Shown here one piece after another: positions 37,295-51,263 of a DNA stretch of 64,000 nt. Position numbers and translations under genes: made by a program. This stretch comes from Torpedo marmorata (lineage: Eukaryota): NCBI GenBank assembly GCA_977017645.1, contig OZ360230.1:39928001-39992000 (forward strand), in the 5' to 3' direction. The notes beneath the pieces were generated by a model. The model saw only the letters and a list, made by a program, of their open reading frames with translations, ran no database searches and was not told where the DNA came from. Every line of letters begins with the position of its first letter. Position 1 is the stretch's first letter.

Positions 37295-37935
37295 CAGTCG
37301 AGTACCCCTTGTCCGAAGATCCAAAAACCAAAAAGATCCAAAAACCGATTTTTTTTTTAGCGTCACAAGTGGAAAAAAATTCAACACCTGACTTGCCCCA
37401 TGTGGGGCTCTGACGCTCTGTTGGCGCCAGTTTGATTACAAATACAGTAAAAAAAAAACCCAAAAAAACCAAATCTTTGCTTCTGGCCGGGAAGATACCA
37501 AACGGAGCTGGGTCCAAGTCTTCAGCATCGGCTGCAGCCGGAGTCGACGACTCCATTCTCAACATCGGGTGCGGTGCCGTCCGCATTGAAGAAGTCGCCT
37601 CAGGCTCCCGGGCAGGAGCGGGAACCGTAGTTGGGGACCGGCGGCGGCAGTGGGGAGGTGTCGGGGACTGGCGGCGGGGAGGTGGTCTTCTTTTGTAAGC
37701 AGAGATCGTTTTTTTTTGGTGAGTACCAAACATTATTTAATGTGAATTTTCCACTTGTGGCGTCATGTCGGCGCTCAAAAAGCCTGCCGTTGTTTGTTGT
37801 TGCTGTTTAACCACTGATACAGGTATTCTGCTGATGCTACTGTGCTGCTTAGTTCCATTGTTCCGAAAACCGAAAAAAAACAAAAACCGAAAAACATCTG
37901 GTCCCAAGCATTTCGGTTAAGGGGTACTCGATCTG
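37295..37935. mobile_element. Tigger4/Zombi(MER46)-like non-autonomous DNA transposon with DMRT1-like cargo
   Basis: TA-cagtcgagtacccctt ... aaggggtactcgatctg TIRs; ctggtcccaagcatttcgg and gcgtcatgtcggcgctcaaaaa resemble Tigger4 as I recall it. Confidence 0.85.
37475..37601 (+). pseudogene. DMRT1: Second DMRT1-like exon-1 fragment (ATG mutated to ATA, truncated after KKSP)
   Basis: Highly similar to 34133-34266: (I)PNGAGSKSSASAAAGVD/TPFSTSGAVPSALKKSP. Confidence 0.8.
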
Positions 37936-38765
37936 AATCGCAATGGATTGGATAATATCATGATTTTCTTCCCCACAATCTCTACAAGTTTCAGCTTTGC
38001 CCATACGGATAAGCATTCAAAGCAATAAAATCCACAATGGAATATAGCTTGTGCAGCAAATAGACAACAAATGCCAAAGAGTTGGTTGAACGAACATTAA
38101 TGGATGTTTGAAACTATGGAAAAGTTAAAGTAGCAGAAATTGCCTGTAAACCTCGAACTCTACATTTACAAGTTTAAATTCTGCTTATTTTATGAATCAA
38201 GGACACAAGAGAATAACACACTCTTCCAATTATTTGTTTTAAATGATCAAGTTAGGAAACAAAATCTTTTCTCGAAACGGAGGCTTGCAGAATTCTTTTG
38301 TCAAAGACAACCTGCATACATGTTCATGTTCCATTCTCACCTTCCTTTTCCCTAGAAACACCTTTACATGTTAACGTTGAGGTAAACATAGCTGGTAACA
38401 CTGAATCGTTTTATGTTTTTGTTACTTTGATTATGTCCAGTTAGAAGTTTGAGTTTTTAAATCCAAAATCTCGTTAGAATTAGGTGACAACTTCCTGAGA
38501 TAACATTTTACTCTGATTAGACCAATCTTACAAATTTTGAATGCACTGCAGCCAGTATGTTACCATGCAGTTACAAATAAGTACTTACCAAATGAATAAA
38601 ACTTAAACTGAACTATACGGTTCAAATTGAATATGCAAAATTATTTCATTTGATGCAAATCTCATTTTAATTAGCTTTTAAAGTTGCTTTCTTATCCCAC
38701 CAAAATTAAAAAATAATTTACCAGTACTTAAATGCACATTGTTGTGATCTGCTTTGCCACAGTAA

Positions 38766-38995
38766 CTTGAATCAAGTTTATTGTCATCTGATTGTACAAG
38801 TACAACCCGACGAAACAGCGTTCTCCGGTCCTCGGTGCAAAACACGCAGACATACAACCAGACATAACACACATACCGACAAACAATACATATGCAGGAC
38901 AAGTATTCATCTATACGAATAAATAAATAAATATTGTTTCATGAATATGAGAGTCTTGGATGGTTAGTGTGAGCAGTTCTTCTGGTCATTCAGTA
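38766..38995 (-). mobile_element. Rex/Babar 3' UTR fragment
   Basis: Reverse complement matches 10180-10360. Confidence 0.8.
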
Positions 38996-39489
38996 TTCTC
39001 ACTCCACAAAATTGCACAATTCGAAGAATCAATAAGCATTTTATATGCTCACGCAAGTTACAAATCTATTATTCAAAATAAGACACAATTGTTGCACATC
39101 ATGTTAATACATCGTGGCTTGGATACCTTGGAAGAACTTAGCGTGTGATTGCTTGCCAGATAAAGCATAACAACTGCTCAATAACCAAATCATGCAATGT
39201 GGACAGTTTTGCAAACAACCAGAGCACATTCTCAGCTTAAACATTCTAGTGAAAGGGATAAAATGCATAAAAGATGACAAAATATACCATTTATTCCAAA
39301 GTAAAAGTGAATGAATCTTAATATCTCCCACAAATAAGGCAAGGGTTATTTGTAATTCAGAATAATATTTCTCCAAATTATGAGGAACCATGGTAAAACA
39401 TCTATTCAATTCGTACCCTGAAGGTTATGAAACAAACAATTTATACAACACTAAATTGCAGTAAGAATTCAAATTCACTTATGTACTTG

Positions 39490-39582
39490 CTGTGTTCCCT
39501 CTAAGCTGTGTGCACGCACACTCGCACAAATGTGCGCACATTGATGGCCTTTGTGCGTGCGCACAGCTTAGAGGGAACACTG
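39490..39582. mobile_element. Palindromic hAT(Tip100)-like MITE
   Basis: TIR c(a/t)gtgttccctctaagctgtg; no clean TSD. Confidence 0.75.
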
Positions 39583-41107
39583 CTTATGGGTTGAAAACCA
39601 CAACTTTATTAGTTATACAAATCTGATTCAAAGCAGTTAATGATAGCTAATAAAAGCAATGCTGTCAATATTTCCCACATAGAAATAAAATAAACGACCC
39701 AGATTCAGAAAAGAAAAATTATACAGCATCTGGGTGCCAATGCACACCAGCTTGCTTTAATAACTTTAAAGTATGCTGCAGAATAGCACTGTTTGTGGCC
39801 ATCTTAAACAACATAATTATGCCAAAGTGGCAGAATGTGTGTAGGGAAGTCCACTGTGGTCAGATTAATTCCTTATGTTGTAAATCCTAAATAAAAAGTG
39901 TACAAAAAACACAATTTAAGTTTTTATTAAGTATTCCATTTCTCATACTTGATACTCATCTTGACAATATAAATCATTGCAATTATCCCACTAAAACCCA
40001 AGTAGTTTTTTTGGTAAAAATGTATTTCCAGTTGGTACTAATCAGGACAAAATTATCACACCATAGGGAGCTTTACAGAAAGATCAAGGAACCCTTGAAA
40101 TGTCTTGGAAATTCATTGCAATAAAGACAATTTGCTGTACTACAATCTTGGTTTTTAAAGACGCAAGGTATTTTCTAACACATCTCCCTTCAAATAATGA
40201 AAATATATTTTGAATATTCAACTGTGTTAAATTATCACAGTGTGAAAGGTACACAATATAAATAAGGATTATTGTACAACATTGCATCACTTACAAATTC
40301 TGAAGTCAAGGATATAAAAAAAATTGGTCAAGTTTCCTGAGAAATTCTAAATCCAAAATTTACTGATATGGAAGAGCAAATCGATCTCGTGTTCGTGATT
40401 TTGCAAATTTACAATTTGATTTACAGATTTACAATTCTGCACCGAGACAAGATTTATTTTGCCACAAAGATTTCAAAAATGCAATCTTTACAGGTGATGT
40501 TAATTTTTTTTCAAGCTATGAGAAACAGACATCAATACAAGATGCAAAACATGTCAATTTTAAATGATTGTGTAATAAATCTTCAATCTCTCCTCCAAAA
40601 ACCACACAGCCAAGAAAAAAAATGAATGCGCAGGTGCACTTCATTTAATATCCGCTATCACATTCTATTGATCAGATAAACAGTCTGTGGAGCAGGTCTT
40701 TTTATTACTGTCTGGCACACTGGATTTGCAACAGTGAGTGGTTTATTTCCCAAAGGTACAATGAGGCTGGAGGATTAATCTGTAATGACTCCTGTGAAAA
40801 ATATGGTCCTTTCTTTTTTCAATAGGATATCCAGTCCTAAAGGACTTCATTTAATAAAAAGACACTAAATCAAATAGATGACTGGAGGTATGAAAAAAAA
40901 ATCCCCCAATTTAATCCACTACTGTAAAATTATCCCCAATTATACTCCTTTATTTTCTGATTACCACACTCCCAAATGACCCTGTTTGCTGAATGATTGT
41001 AAAATTGTGCAGTAGCAACAATATGTTGTGGATTCAATACCATTTCCCTTGTTAACATTGTAAATACTTTGGTTTCTACCAAGTGTAAAAGAAAGGTTGA
41101 ACAAATA

Positions 41108-41949
41108 CAGTAAAACCCCTGGTATCCGGCACCTATGGGGATTGGTAGATGCTGGATAAGTGTATTTTCTGGTTGCTTGAGACTTACTCTTACAATGCCT
41201 AACTAAAACCTGTCCTCTGCCTCATGACCCACTGATTTCTGCTCACTAGACAAGTCTAATATACGGATGTAGTGATGAATCTGCTAAGCCAGCCATTTGA
41301 AAAAGAACACTGTGCCTCAATATTCATCTTCTCGTAGAACTCCTTTCCTTTTTGTTGCAACATGGGCTCTGATATGCAACCACCTTCAGACATTTTCATA
41401 CTAAACCATTCAAAAAGAGCCTGGTCAAATAAGTCCATTTTGGAGGTATGAAGAGTGTGACGTCACTCAACACTTTTATCAGTGTCGGAATTCATATAAA
41501 ACTGATTGAGACTGGCCCTTAATGTCGCAGATGGTTGATTTGTCAACATTAAATTCCTCTATAACCACTGTACGACTTTCACCTTTTTCCAGTCTCTTAC
41601 ACATCTCCATCTTCTGCTTAAGGGTAATCACTACATGTTTACGCCTGCCTGGTTGTTTTTCTTTTGGCATGGCAACGGTTAGTGGGGAAATTTGTCCAAA
41701 ATAATGTCCTGTGAAATGGAATCTGTTTGTTTACATTGTTCACAAGGCGGGAACTGGTTGCAGGTGTCGCCTGGTGCGCGAGTGGTGGATTGGCGAACTA
41801 ACGCCAAGGCGCGCCAATTTTAAACTTGCGTATTTTTACCTATTATTTTATTCTTATTTATTTCATTTTTTATTTATTTTCCTCAATTTTTTTTGTCAGT
41901 TGCTTGAAGCTGCCGGTTGCTAGAATTCCGGATACCAGAGGCTTTACTC
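41108..41949 (-). mobile_element. Internally deleted Tigger (Jerky/TIGD-like) transposon
   Basis: TA-flanked cagtaaaaccc TIRs; RKHVVITLKQKMEM (CENP-B N-terminal HTH) and LFEWF..FSNGWLSRF (HTH_Tnp_Tc5-like); no DDE domain. Confidence 0.9.
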
Positions 41950-44659
41950 TATAAACGACTAGGTAGAAACCACTAGCAGAAAGATAGCAACAAGAGAATA
42001 AAGAACAAACAGGCACACACAATTGCAGAATACTCAAAACAAAATGGAGGCTGTTAACAATCCTACGAGATCCCTGTAGTTATTTACTACAATTGTGGAG
42101 ATATTTTCAACTTCAGGGGAGTGCAGATTAGAACCATATGGAAACACAGATACAAATCTACGCTAAATTAGTCTCAGATAGATTAAATAGAAAATTAGCC
42201 AGAAGTTGCACTTTGGCTGCAAATGTACATCGGTGGAAATTGAGGACAATATCATGCCCACCCGCGATATACATGCAATAATCAGCTGACAATGAAGACA
42301 ATTCATGTTACTGCTCACTTGGACTGGATATAATGAGAAACCATGCCTTTGAGAACAATTTTTCAGCAATAAAAATCTTCAGAAGAAAACAAATTGAAAA
42401 TTGGAGGTATTTGCTGTAATTGGCAATATCTAAACACAAGAAGACATGATCTTGTACTGAGAATAAAGTAAAATAGACTATTCCATATCCACAAAAGAGA
42501 TAAATAACTGTCCATTTTAAGTGAACAGGAAGACTAATCAGTCTTCCACCTGTACCCACTGAATTCAATCATGTAACTTTAGACATTTAGTTGTGCATTC
42601 TCAGATTTTTGACTTGATAGATTAGTGCCCCCGTGAATCAAAGTAAATCATTCTTAAGTTATGAATTTGCTTCTTAGTCTGCAGTCAAAATTTTCAGCTG
42701 TGGACTTTGTCACATGCATTTGCAATGTGACCAAATAGTTCTACTGAAAACATGCTAGAATGCCCATCCCCTGTACAAACAGCAACAACAGAAAAATTGT
42801 GGAAGCTATACCACTCTCTACAATATCATGAAGAGTACCTTCATGAAATACACAGTTTTGCCTCCAAATAGGTATCTTTTCAAATAACTGTTTTGTTTTT
42901 TTTGCTGAACTAGTATAAGCACTTTTGAAGTCAAACATCTTTATGCAACGTTCATTATTGCTGATTTTCATTCTCAACATTTGATCATAATATTGCCACA
43001 AATGATTACAGAGATCAGTTAATGTACCAGAGATACTGTTTAGCATATACCACTTCATCTGTATACCTGTCACCTGCATAAATAAGGCAACACAAGATGA
43101 ATACAATTTTCCGGCTGTGCAAAAATCACATTCACCCTTCCTGTAGGCAAAGGGCCTTCCCTGGAGATTATTAGAGCTAATTAAAGCCACATTAACAGTA
43201 ACAAGTAGCTCAATTCTGGAATCAAATCACAGCACAGTTTTTGGCCATCTCAATTTCTGCAGGAGACCCATGGGGAAAAAAAAACCTTTACTCCAGCAAT
43301 TACAAATTACATCACAACAAAACACAAATATCTTGGCTCTAATAGTTGACAAGCCAAAATATAAAAATGTGACCAAATTGGATAGTCTTTGAAAACAGAT
43401 GATGGAGAAAGTGGAAGAGGAGAGAGAGAAAACATGAAGCAGTGTTAACCCACCTCCACTGCTTCCAAAGTAAGCAAAACACCAAGCTTGTGCTGCCTGA
43501 TCATTAAAAATTGCAGTGTCCAGCCAGCACTAACTGTGCTGCTAAATGCTTTAACAGGAGCCAGTATCTCGTGGCAAGCAGCACTTAAAGCTAGCCTGCT
43601 AAGGGATGGTGAATTGTGACTGCAGAACTTGCTAACAGCCATTTTCTGACCAAGCACTCATGAAAATGACAGAAGTTGAGAAATGACAGGCTCTGAGCTT
43701 TTCCTGACATAACACTGCAGGTCTCGAGAGTGGTGGGGATACGGATACGGAGCAAGTATTTTTTTCTTCTTGAAACCAAATGCTCTCCACACAACCTCTT
43801 ATATTCAGATTACCAGGTCATGAAGGCTGGAAGTCATGGCCAAAGGACCTGTTGAAGTGTACCAATGTATTCAATGGCTAATTAACTAATGTAAAGTCTA
43901 CAAAAGCATCTTCGTATGGCATATTCATCACTAACTTTGAGACTGCAATAGTTTAGCATATCCTAATTGCTCACTTAGCAGTCATTCATTTTAATTAGGA
44001 CTCTCACATAATATTCTAATCGACAAACAACAAGCATGCTCAGATTTGCATGCACTTTCCAGATATTGACCCTTGACAACCAGATAAGAATTGCGACTTG
44101 TAGCTTTAATCTCGTCAAATAGGTACATGTATATCAGTCACCATTTCAAAATTGACAGAACATCCATGTAATCCAAACTATAAACCTACAGGTTGGCCCT
44201 CTTACTTCCCTCTGAGTTCTTTCCTGCTTCATTTATATTCCTTTAGGACCTTGTCTGATTTCAGCTTCCTCAACCTTTTATATGCTTCCTTTTTCTTTTT
44301 GACTAAATGTACATCTCTTCTCAGCCAAGGTTCCTGAACCTTGACATCCTTGCATATTACAGAGAGGAAGAAAGACCAGTTCTGAATTCTGACCAGCTGG
44401 TCTGTAAATGGCTCTATAATCAGAACTGGACATGGTCACAATCTACTCTCCCCAGCTCCTGTCTAATAATGTTGGAATTTGCCTTCCCCCAATTTAGCAC
44501 TTATCCCCTCCAAAACAAGGTCCAGACTAATCCATAACTATGTTAAAAATTTTGAGATGTAATCACTGTTCCCAAAATGCTCTTCCACTGAAACCCCAAT
44601 CACCAGGCCAGGAACATTTCCCAATACAAAGTTTAGCATGGCCCATTCCACGATTAAAC

Positions 44660-45950
44660 TTGATCAGCAAGATTCTAGAGTTCATCATTAAAGACGAGGT
44701 TTCAGGATACTTGAAAGGTAAATTAGGCCGAAGTCAGCATGGTGTCCTTCCGGGGAATTCTTTGAGGAAGTAAAGAGTAGGACAAAGAAGAGTCAGTCGA
44801 TGTTGTTTATTTGGATGTTCAATAGGCCTGTAACAAGAATTTGCAAAATAAGATAGGAGGGCATGGTATTACGGGAAAGATACTATCATGGAGAGAAGAT
44901 TAGCTGACTGACAGGTCACGAAGTGAGAATAAAGGGGGTCTTTTCTCCCTGGCTGCCTGTGACTGGTGGTGTTCTTCAGGGGTTGGTGTTGGGTCTGCTA
45001 CTTTTCACGGTGTAAATGATTTAGATGTTGGAATTGATGGGTTTGTGGTCAAGTTTAAAAAGCATACAAAGATAGGTGGAGGGGCGGGTAGTGTTGAGAA
45101 AGCAGGGAGTCTACAGAGGGATTTGGACATGTTGGGAAAATGGACAAAGAAGTGGCAAATGGAATACTGCGTAGGGAAGTGTATGGTCATGCATTTAGGT
45201 AAAAGAAATAAAGACGTAGACTATTTTCTAAATGGGAAGTAAATTCGGGAAGCGGATGTCCGAAGTAACGTGGGAGTGCAAGTGCAGGATTCCCTAAAGG
45301 TTAACTTGAGATTGCATTTGCCTTCCTTACTGGCAGTTCAATGTTAGCATTCATTTCGAGATGACTAGAATACAAAAGCAAAAATGTAATGCTGAGGCTT
45401 TATAAGGTGTTGGTTAAATCACATTTGGAGTATTGTGAGCAGTTTTGGGCCCCCATATCTAAGGATGTGCTGGCAATGGAGAGGGTCCAGAGGAGGTTTA
45501 CAAGAAATATCCTGGGGACGAGAGCGTTTTATGACTCTGGGCCTATACTCACTAGAGTTTGGGGCAAGGGGGGACTCAATGAAACATACTGAATATTTAA
45601 AGGGCCAGAAAGAGCAGTCGTGGAGATGTTTCCTGTGGTAGCAGAGTCTAGGACCAGAGGGTGCAGCCTCAGAATAAAAGAATGTCTCTTTAGAACAGAG
45701 ATGAGGAGAAATTTCTTCAGCCAGAGCATGATGAATCTGTGGAATTCTTTGCCACAGGGGGCTGTGGAGGCCGAGTGGTTGCATAGATTTAAAGCAGAGG
45801 TTGATAGGTTCTTGATTAGTAAGAGTGTGATATATTAGAAGAGAGGAAAATGGGGTTGAAGGAGAGATTACATCAGTTGTGATTTGAATGGCAGAACAGA
45901 CTCAATGGGCCAAATGGCCTAATTCCACTCCTATCTCTTACAGTCTTATG
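44660..45950 (+). mobile_element. CR1 LINE RT/3' fragment
   Basis: KILEFIIK..QHG, GVLQGLVLG, LQRDLD..KKWQME, YKVLVKSHLEYCEQFWAP and CR1 3' UTR. Confidence 0.88.
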
Positions 45951-47214
45951 GATTACCTACATACTGCTTCAAGAAATCCTCATGGATACACTTAACAACT
46001 TAAACCCGAACTAAGGAACTCCCCGTCAATATTGGGGACATTAAGGTCATCCATTACCACCACTCTGTTGCTTTTACATCTTTCCATAATCTGCCTACTT
46101 ATCTGTTCCTCTATCACCTGCTAGCTATTCGAAGGCATACAGTATAACCCCAAAATAATGATGGGGTTACCCACATCACCTCAGTGGATGAGTGCTCCAG
46201 CAGCTCTTTGCTAAGTGCAGATGGGACATTCTCTCGGCTCAGTGATGAAACTTACTCCACTTTTTTTATATCTCTATCACATCTAAATCCTGGAACACTG
46301 AGCTGTCAGTCCTGCCTCTCTCAACCAAGTATCTATAATGGCCACATTACTTGTGATTCTCAATATCACTCCGAATGCTCCCTCTGTACAATAAGTAGTC
46401 ATGGGCTAAGGATTCTATGAAGTCAGCAGGGATTTTGCTTTTTTTTTTAAATGGATGCTTTGAGCATCAAACTTGATTTTTTTTTCTTTTCCCTGTGACA
46501 AGGCTCAGAATAGAGTGTCACTTTCTGGATTCAGGAATTTGAAAGCTGTAGTCTGTCCAACAGAGCTGACCTGGCACTCAATACAGGGGGAAAACAAGCT
46601 GCTGGAGGAACTCAGCAGGTCAGGCATTATCTGCAGAGGTAAAGAGGTGGTTCATGTTTTGGATCGACATGCAGTAAGTCCTGATACAGGGTCTCGAACC
46701 ATAATGCCAACCATCCCTTCACCTCCACAAATGCTGCCTGATCCATTGAGTTCCTCCAGCAGTTCATTTTTTTGCTCCAGATTTCATCATCTGCAGTCTC
46801 TTGTGTCTCAATACTGGGAATATTGCCCTGGGACACAATTCTGCCATTGGTTCGCTTCGTCCTTCCGGTGAATTTGGAGGATGTTGCAGAGAGCATTGAT
46901 TATATTTTTCTTGTGCGTTTAGTTCCCTGCAGTTGTTAGCCCAGATCCAAGAGGCAAATAGATGGGAAGAGATCACAGTACATCATGAGTATGCACCAGG
47001 TCTGAGGTCTTAACTTTCACATGCTCTTTTCATCAATTGACCTAAAATTAGCCTTGTGGATTGAAGGCGATGGTAAAGCTTGGTATTGGTGTCTGCATTC
47101 ACGCAATGCAATAAGCAGTGCTTTTTAAAAAAAAACAGGGAATCATTGTCAGTTGTCAAAATGCCTCTGTGAAAGATGAACTGACAGAGGGTTTGGATAG
47201 TTGATCTAATAGAC

Positions 47215-47755
47215 TGGCATATTGTGCCTTCATTAAGTGGACCGTAGAATATCAGTGCCAGTACATTATGATACAACTTTATAAAATATTTGTTAGGCCA
47301 TAGCTGAAGAAATGTGCACAGCTTTGGTCATCCCTCTGAAGGAAGGAAGTGATTGGGGAGAACATTTACCGGGTCGTTGCCTGGGATTTAGCGTTCGAGT
47401 CATGGGAGACACTGGATAGGCTGGGTTTGCTTTCCTTGGAGCAGGGACAGCTGAAGGGGAACTTAGTTGACACATGCAAAATTTTGTCGGGTGCAGAAAG
47501 AGAAGGTAAGAAACTTTTCTCCATGGCAGGTGTACAAAACCAGACAGAATAGGTTTAAAGGGGTATGTGAGGGAGAATCTTTTCATCCAGATGATGGTTG
47601 AAATCTAGAATTTACCACTTGAGTGGATGGTAAAAGCACACACTCACAACATTTAGACTCTAGACAAGCACTTGAATTGCCAAGAAAGAAAATGGGAATG
47701 GAATAATGATGGTCAGCATGGACACGGGCCTTGTTTCTGAGCTGCTATGATTCTA
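47215..47755 (+). mobile_element. Degenerate CR1 3' fragment
   Basis: LDRLGLLSLEQGQLKGNLVDTCKIL. Confidence 0.65.
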
Positions 47756-49055
47756 TAAACTAACCATGAAAAATTATTTTCTTGAAAATTATAGAATAGC
47801 ATGTGCTCAAATATTAAAAATGAATTTCATCAGAAATGGCTGGTTCATATACAGGTATCCATCTTAACATACAACTTCAATCTGGTACAGTACTAAAAGT
47901 GATTAAGAATTTTTATTTTAATTTTTTTTAAAAAGAGGGCTCTCTTCAATGCCATTTGATACGCCTTTGTATCTATCAAGTTAGCACCTTTCATCAGAAG
48001 GCGTCCAGTCCAGTTGTGGATAAACATTGAAATTCCAATCACAGTTGGTTTTCTGACTTAAGCTGTTAAATACCATTTGTCAATGGTCATTTACATGCAG
48101 AGATTAGTTCATTGCTGCAATGCCTCTTGATACAACATACGATTTAGGCTGTTCATAACAGATAATTTCCAGCAGTAACATTTTCTATTATAGTTGTTTT
48201 TGCAATGCAAGAAACTTTGCTTTATGCCAAATTTCGAATAGAGATGCATTCCTAATTAAGTGGTATTCAAGAATGAGATTCAGGAACAGTCCCTGCCACA
48301 TCCAAGAAATGTCTTCATTTCAAACTGATAATTCAATCAGAAAAATCAATTACATGAATTTCTTTCAATATGTTTAGATTGATCTAAGATTACTTTCTGA
48401 CTGATCTGCCCTCAGTATGGAAAGGGAATTTTGTTGGGAATTTTGTTTTGAAATGTTCAACAGTTCAAGGTAGATAACTGAATTTTGCACGATCTCCATC
48501 TTTAATCACACAAATGTATTTAACCTTGAGAATAAGGGAGCTATATTAGCACAAGTGTACAGAATCTCTTATTTACCAGAAATCCAATGAAACGCATTTT
48601 TCCAATATGGTATCTTGTGGTTAATTTCATTCATAATTTTTGTACCACGTAAAAGTTAGAACCTCTCAAAATTATTCCAAGTACAGTATTTGCTTTTCTT
48701 TACAATCAAAAACAAAATATAAAGCTGGCATTTATCAACTTGATATAAAAAAAAAACTTTACTTACTGAACTTTTTTTACTACCAGGAATTATTTGTGTG
48801 TTGAATATTGATTGCCATCAAATACAATAGTTAATATTCACATTAAGAGATATAGAAATCAAAAGTAAAACTTAAAGTTCTTCAGATATTTAAAGGCATC
48901 CATGGTAGGTGCACATATACTTCTTAAAATCCAACAGAACATGACATGGATAATATCTGGTAACAATCATTACCTTTTGGTGCAGCCTTGTACTTATAAA
49001 AATATCTGCCATAAATTTCTGATTTTGCAGCAATGCTCACCATCACTATATAGTT

Positions 49056-51263
49056 TTTATTGGAATATTTTATTTAAATTTAAATTTTCACACACATGTA
49101 ATACATAAGTAAATAGTGTACATTATTAAATTCAAAAAAAGAGACATTCATGGTGTGATCTACCCCCTCCCATAACCCCCCAAATCCCATAACAACTTTA
49201 TTCAACATTTCAGATTAAATTATTACATAATATTTATAAACCCACCCTCAACCCACTCCCTCCCCTTACCTTCCCTCCCCATTCTAATATCTAAGAAAGA
49301 GAAAGGAAAAAATAAAAAGAAAGAAGTAATGTAGTGTTATGGAAACAAGTATATGGATTGCCTGGAGATTCACAGTCCGATGCAAGGTTTTAACAGTGTT
49401 TCTATCAGTTTAGTTTGGAGGGGGTTAGCACAGGGCCTAAGGTGTGCAAGAACAGTTAAATATTTATACCTAACATCTGGATATATGGGCACCAAATTTG
49501 CAAAAATACCCCATTAATACTCTCTTTCTCTTCACTGGCCTATTTATCCCATTGATATTAAAGTTCATAAATTTCACTATATTACTCATATTGATTAACC
49601 ATATTCATTCTTTTTAGTGTTACCTCCTCCACCCCAGCTTGCTAAGCCCCTCCCTTTAACTTCATTATTCAGTCTCCATTGCATCGGCACATGTCTCCTC
49701 TGGCAATCCACATAAAGAAAAGAGAATAAGTATAGAATTAAAGAATACATTTTCCAACTTTAACAACATTATAAAACAAAATAAATCCTTCCCATCTAGT
49801 GCCGTTTAAATATACATCACTACCCCCCTCCATTTTACGGGTCGCAAAAACACACATGATCCAGCAGGAGTTAGAGCTTCACCCTCCTCCCCAACCCCCC
49901 TGGTACATTTACCCTTTTTTAAATAACCAATTACTAGATTATTCAGGTTCACAAGCTTCTGAAGATGATTTAATCCTTGTAAGACATAATTATAACAATC
50001 CAAGTTTTTAATTTTACTTCTTCAATCCCTCTGTATTGTTATAAGATCTTTAGCAAATTCTTCTGCCTGTACATAACTTGAGAAGAATTTATTTTGTCCA
50101 TCAGGCAAAAAAATCTTCAAGTTTGCCGGATGACGCAGTACAAATCTGTAACTTTTCTCCCAGAGGATCTTCTTGACTGGATTAAATTCTCTTTTTCTCT
50201 TCAATAAATCAGTACTTATATCAGGATAGAATAAAATTCTGCCACCTTCATACACAAGCGGGCCTTTTTTTATTCTTGCTCTTTTCATCGCCAGTTTCAG
50301 AATCTTCTCTCTATCCTGATAGCAGAGAAATTTGATTAAAACAGAGCATGGATTCTGATTTTGAAGTGGTTTCCCTCTTAGAGCCCTATGGGCTCTTTCA
50401 ATCTCAATTGAACATTCAAAATTCTTTTGTCCCTAGACTTCAGGTATCCACTTTCCAAAAAAACCAATTGGGTCTTGCTCTTCTACTCCTTCTTTAAGAC
50501 CCACAATTTTTATATTATTCCTTCTACTAAAGTTTTCTAATATATCTACTTTCTGTTGAAGCTTCTGATTTTCCATTAAGATTGTAGTAGTGTCTTCCAC
50601 TTTTGTCATTCTATCATCAACATGTTCCATCTCTTCCTGTACCTTCTTCATTTGTCCATCTATTTTATCCAGCTTTTTCTTCATTTTTTTCATTACATTT
50701 ACAACTCTGTTAATCTCCCCTTTCATTTCTCGCAGCTCTTTTAATATTTCTAGGTTGCTAATTTTTTTGCTTTTCACTTTTTAAATTCCTTCCATTACCA
50801 CCTCCTCTTGTTGCTGTTCTTCCAATTCTTCCTCGCTGTCAGAGCTGAGGGAGCCCGACTCTTTTTCTCCTGACATTACAGACTCAGCTGATAGCATCAG
50901 TGTTTCGCGAATGCGCATTGTACTTCCGGGTTCTTCTTCGGCGCCATCCTTCCGATGTCGCGGGTGTGCACCGCCTGCAGAGGTCCCTGCCCAGCGGTCC
51001 ACTCCCCCCTGGGACCGATTTGGATGCCAGCTCCCTGCTTCTGAGGCCTCGGATCCATTCCAGTCTTCTCCTTGCGTCGGGCTCGAGGTAAGACTGCGGC
51101 TGTTTTTTCTTTTTTCGGAGGCATTTGAAATATTATTCTACTGTTCAAATGTATTTTAAAAAGGTTTAAATTTTCTAAAACTTTATTTATTTTGTACTTT
51201 TTTTGAAATTCCCAGGAGGGTCAGATTCCTGCGTCCTAACCCTATGGCATCACGTGACGTCCC
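49056..51263 (-). mobile_element. TSD-flanked L1 with 5' UTR and ORF1 but ORF2 almost entirely deleted (HAL1-like)
   Basis: 16-bp TSD ccatcactatatagtt (49040-49055 and 51264-51279); ORF1 motifs LENFSRRNNIKIVG, IERAHR, FYPDIS; ORF2 N- and C-termini fused at about 49513. Confidence 0.92.
50022..51124 (-). pseudogene. L1 ORF1p (coiled coil, RRM, CTD) with stops and frameshifts
   Basis: MPPKKEKT start; ORFs 50433-50777 and 50022-50288. Confidence 0.88.

Noticed and set aside
34153-37601. The true dmrt1 locus
   Set aside because: Both copies are short, frameshifted, lack the GHKR half of the DM domain and lie inside TIR elements
42741-43190. 149-aa ORF with possible splice sites
   Set aside because: No recognisable domain and intron-like base composition
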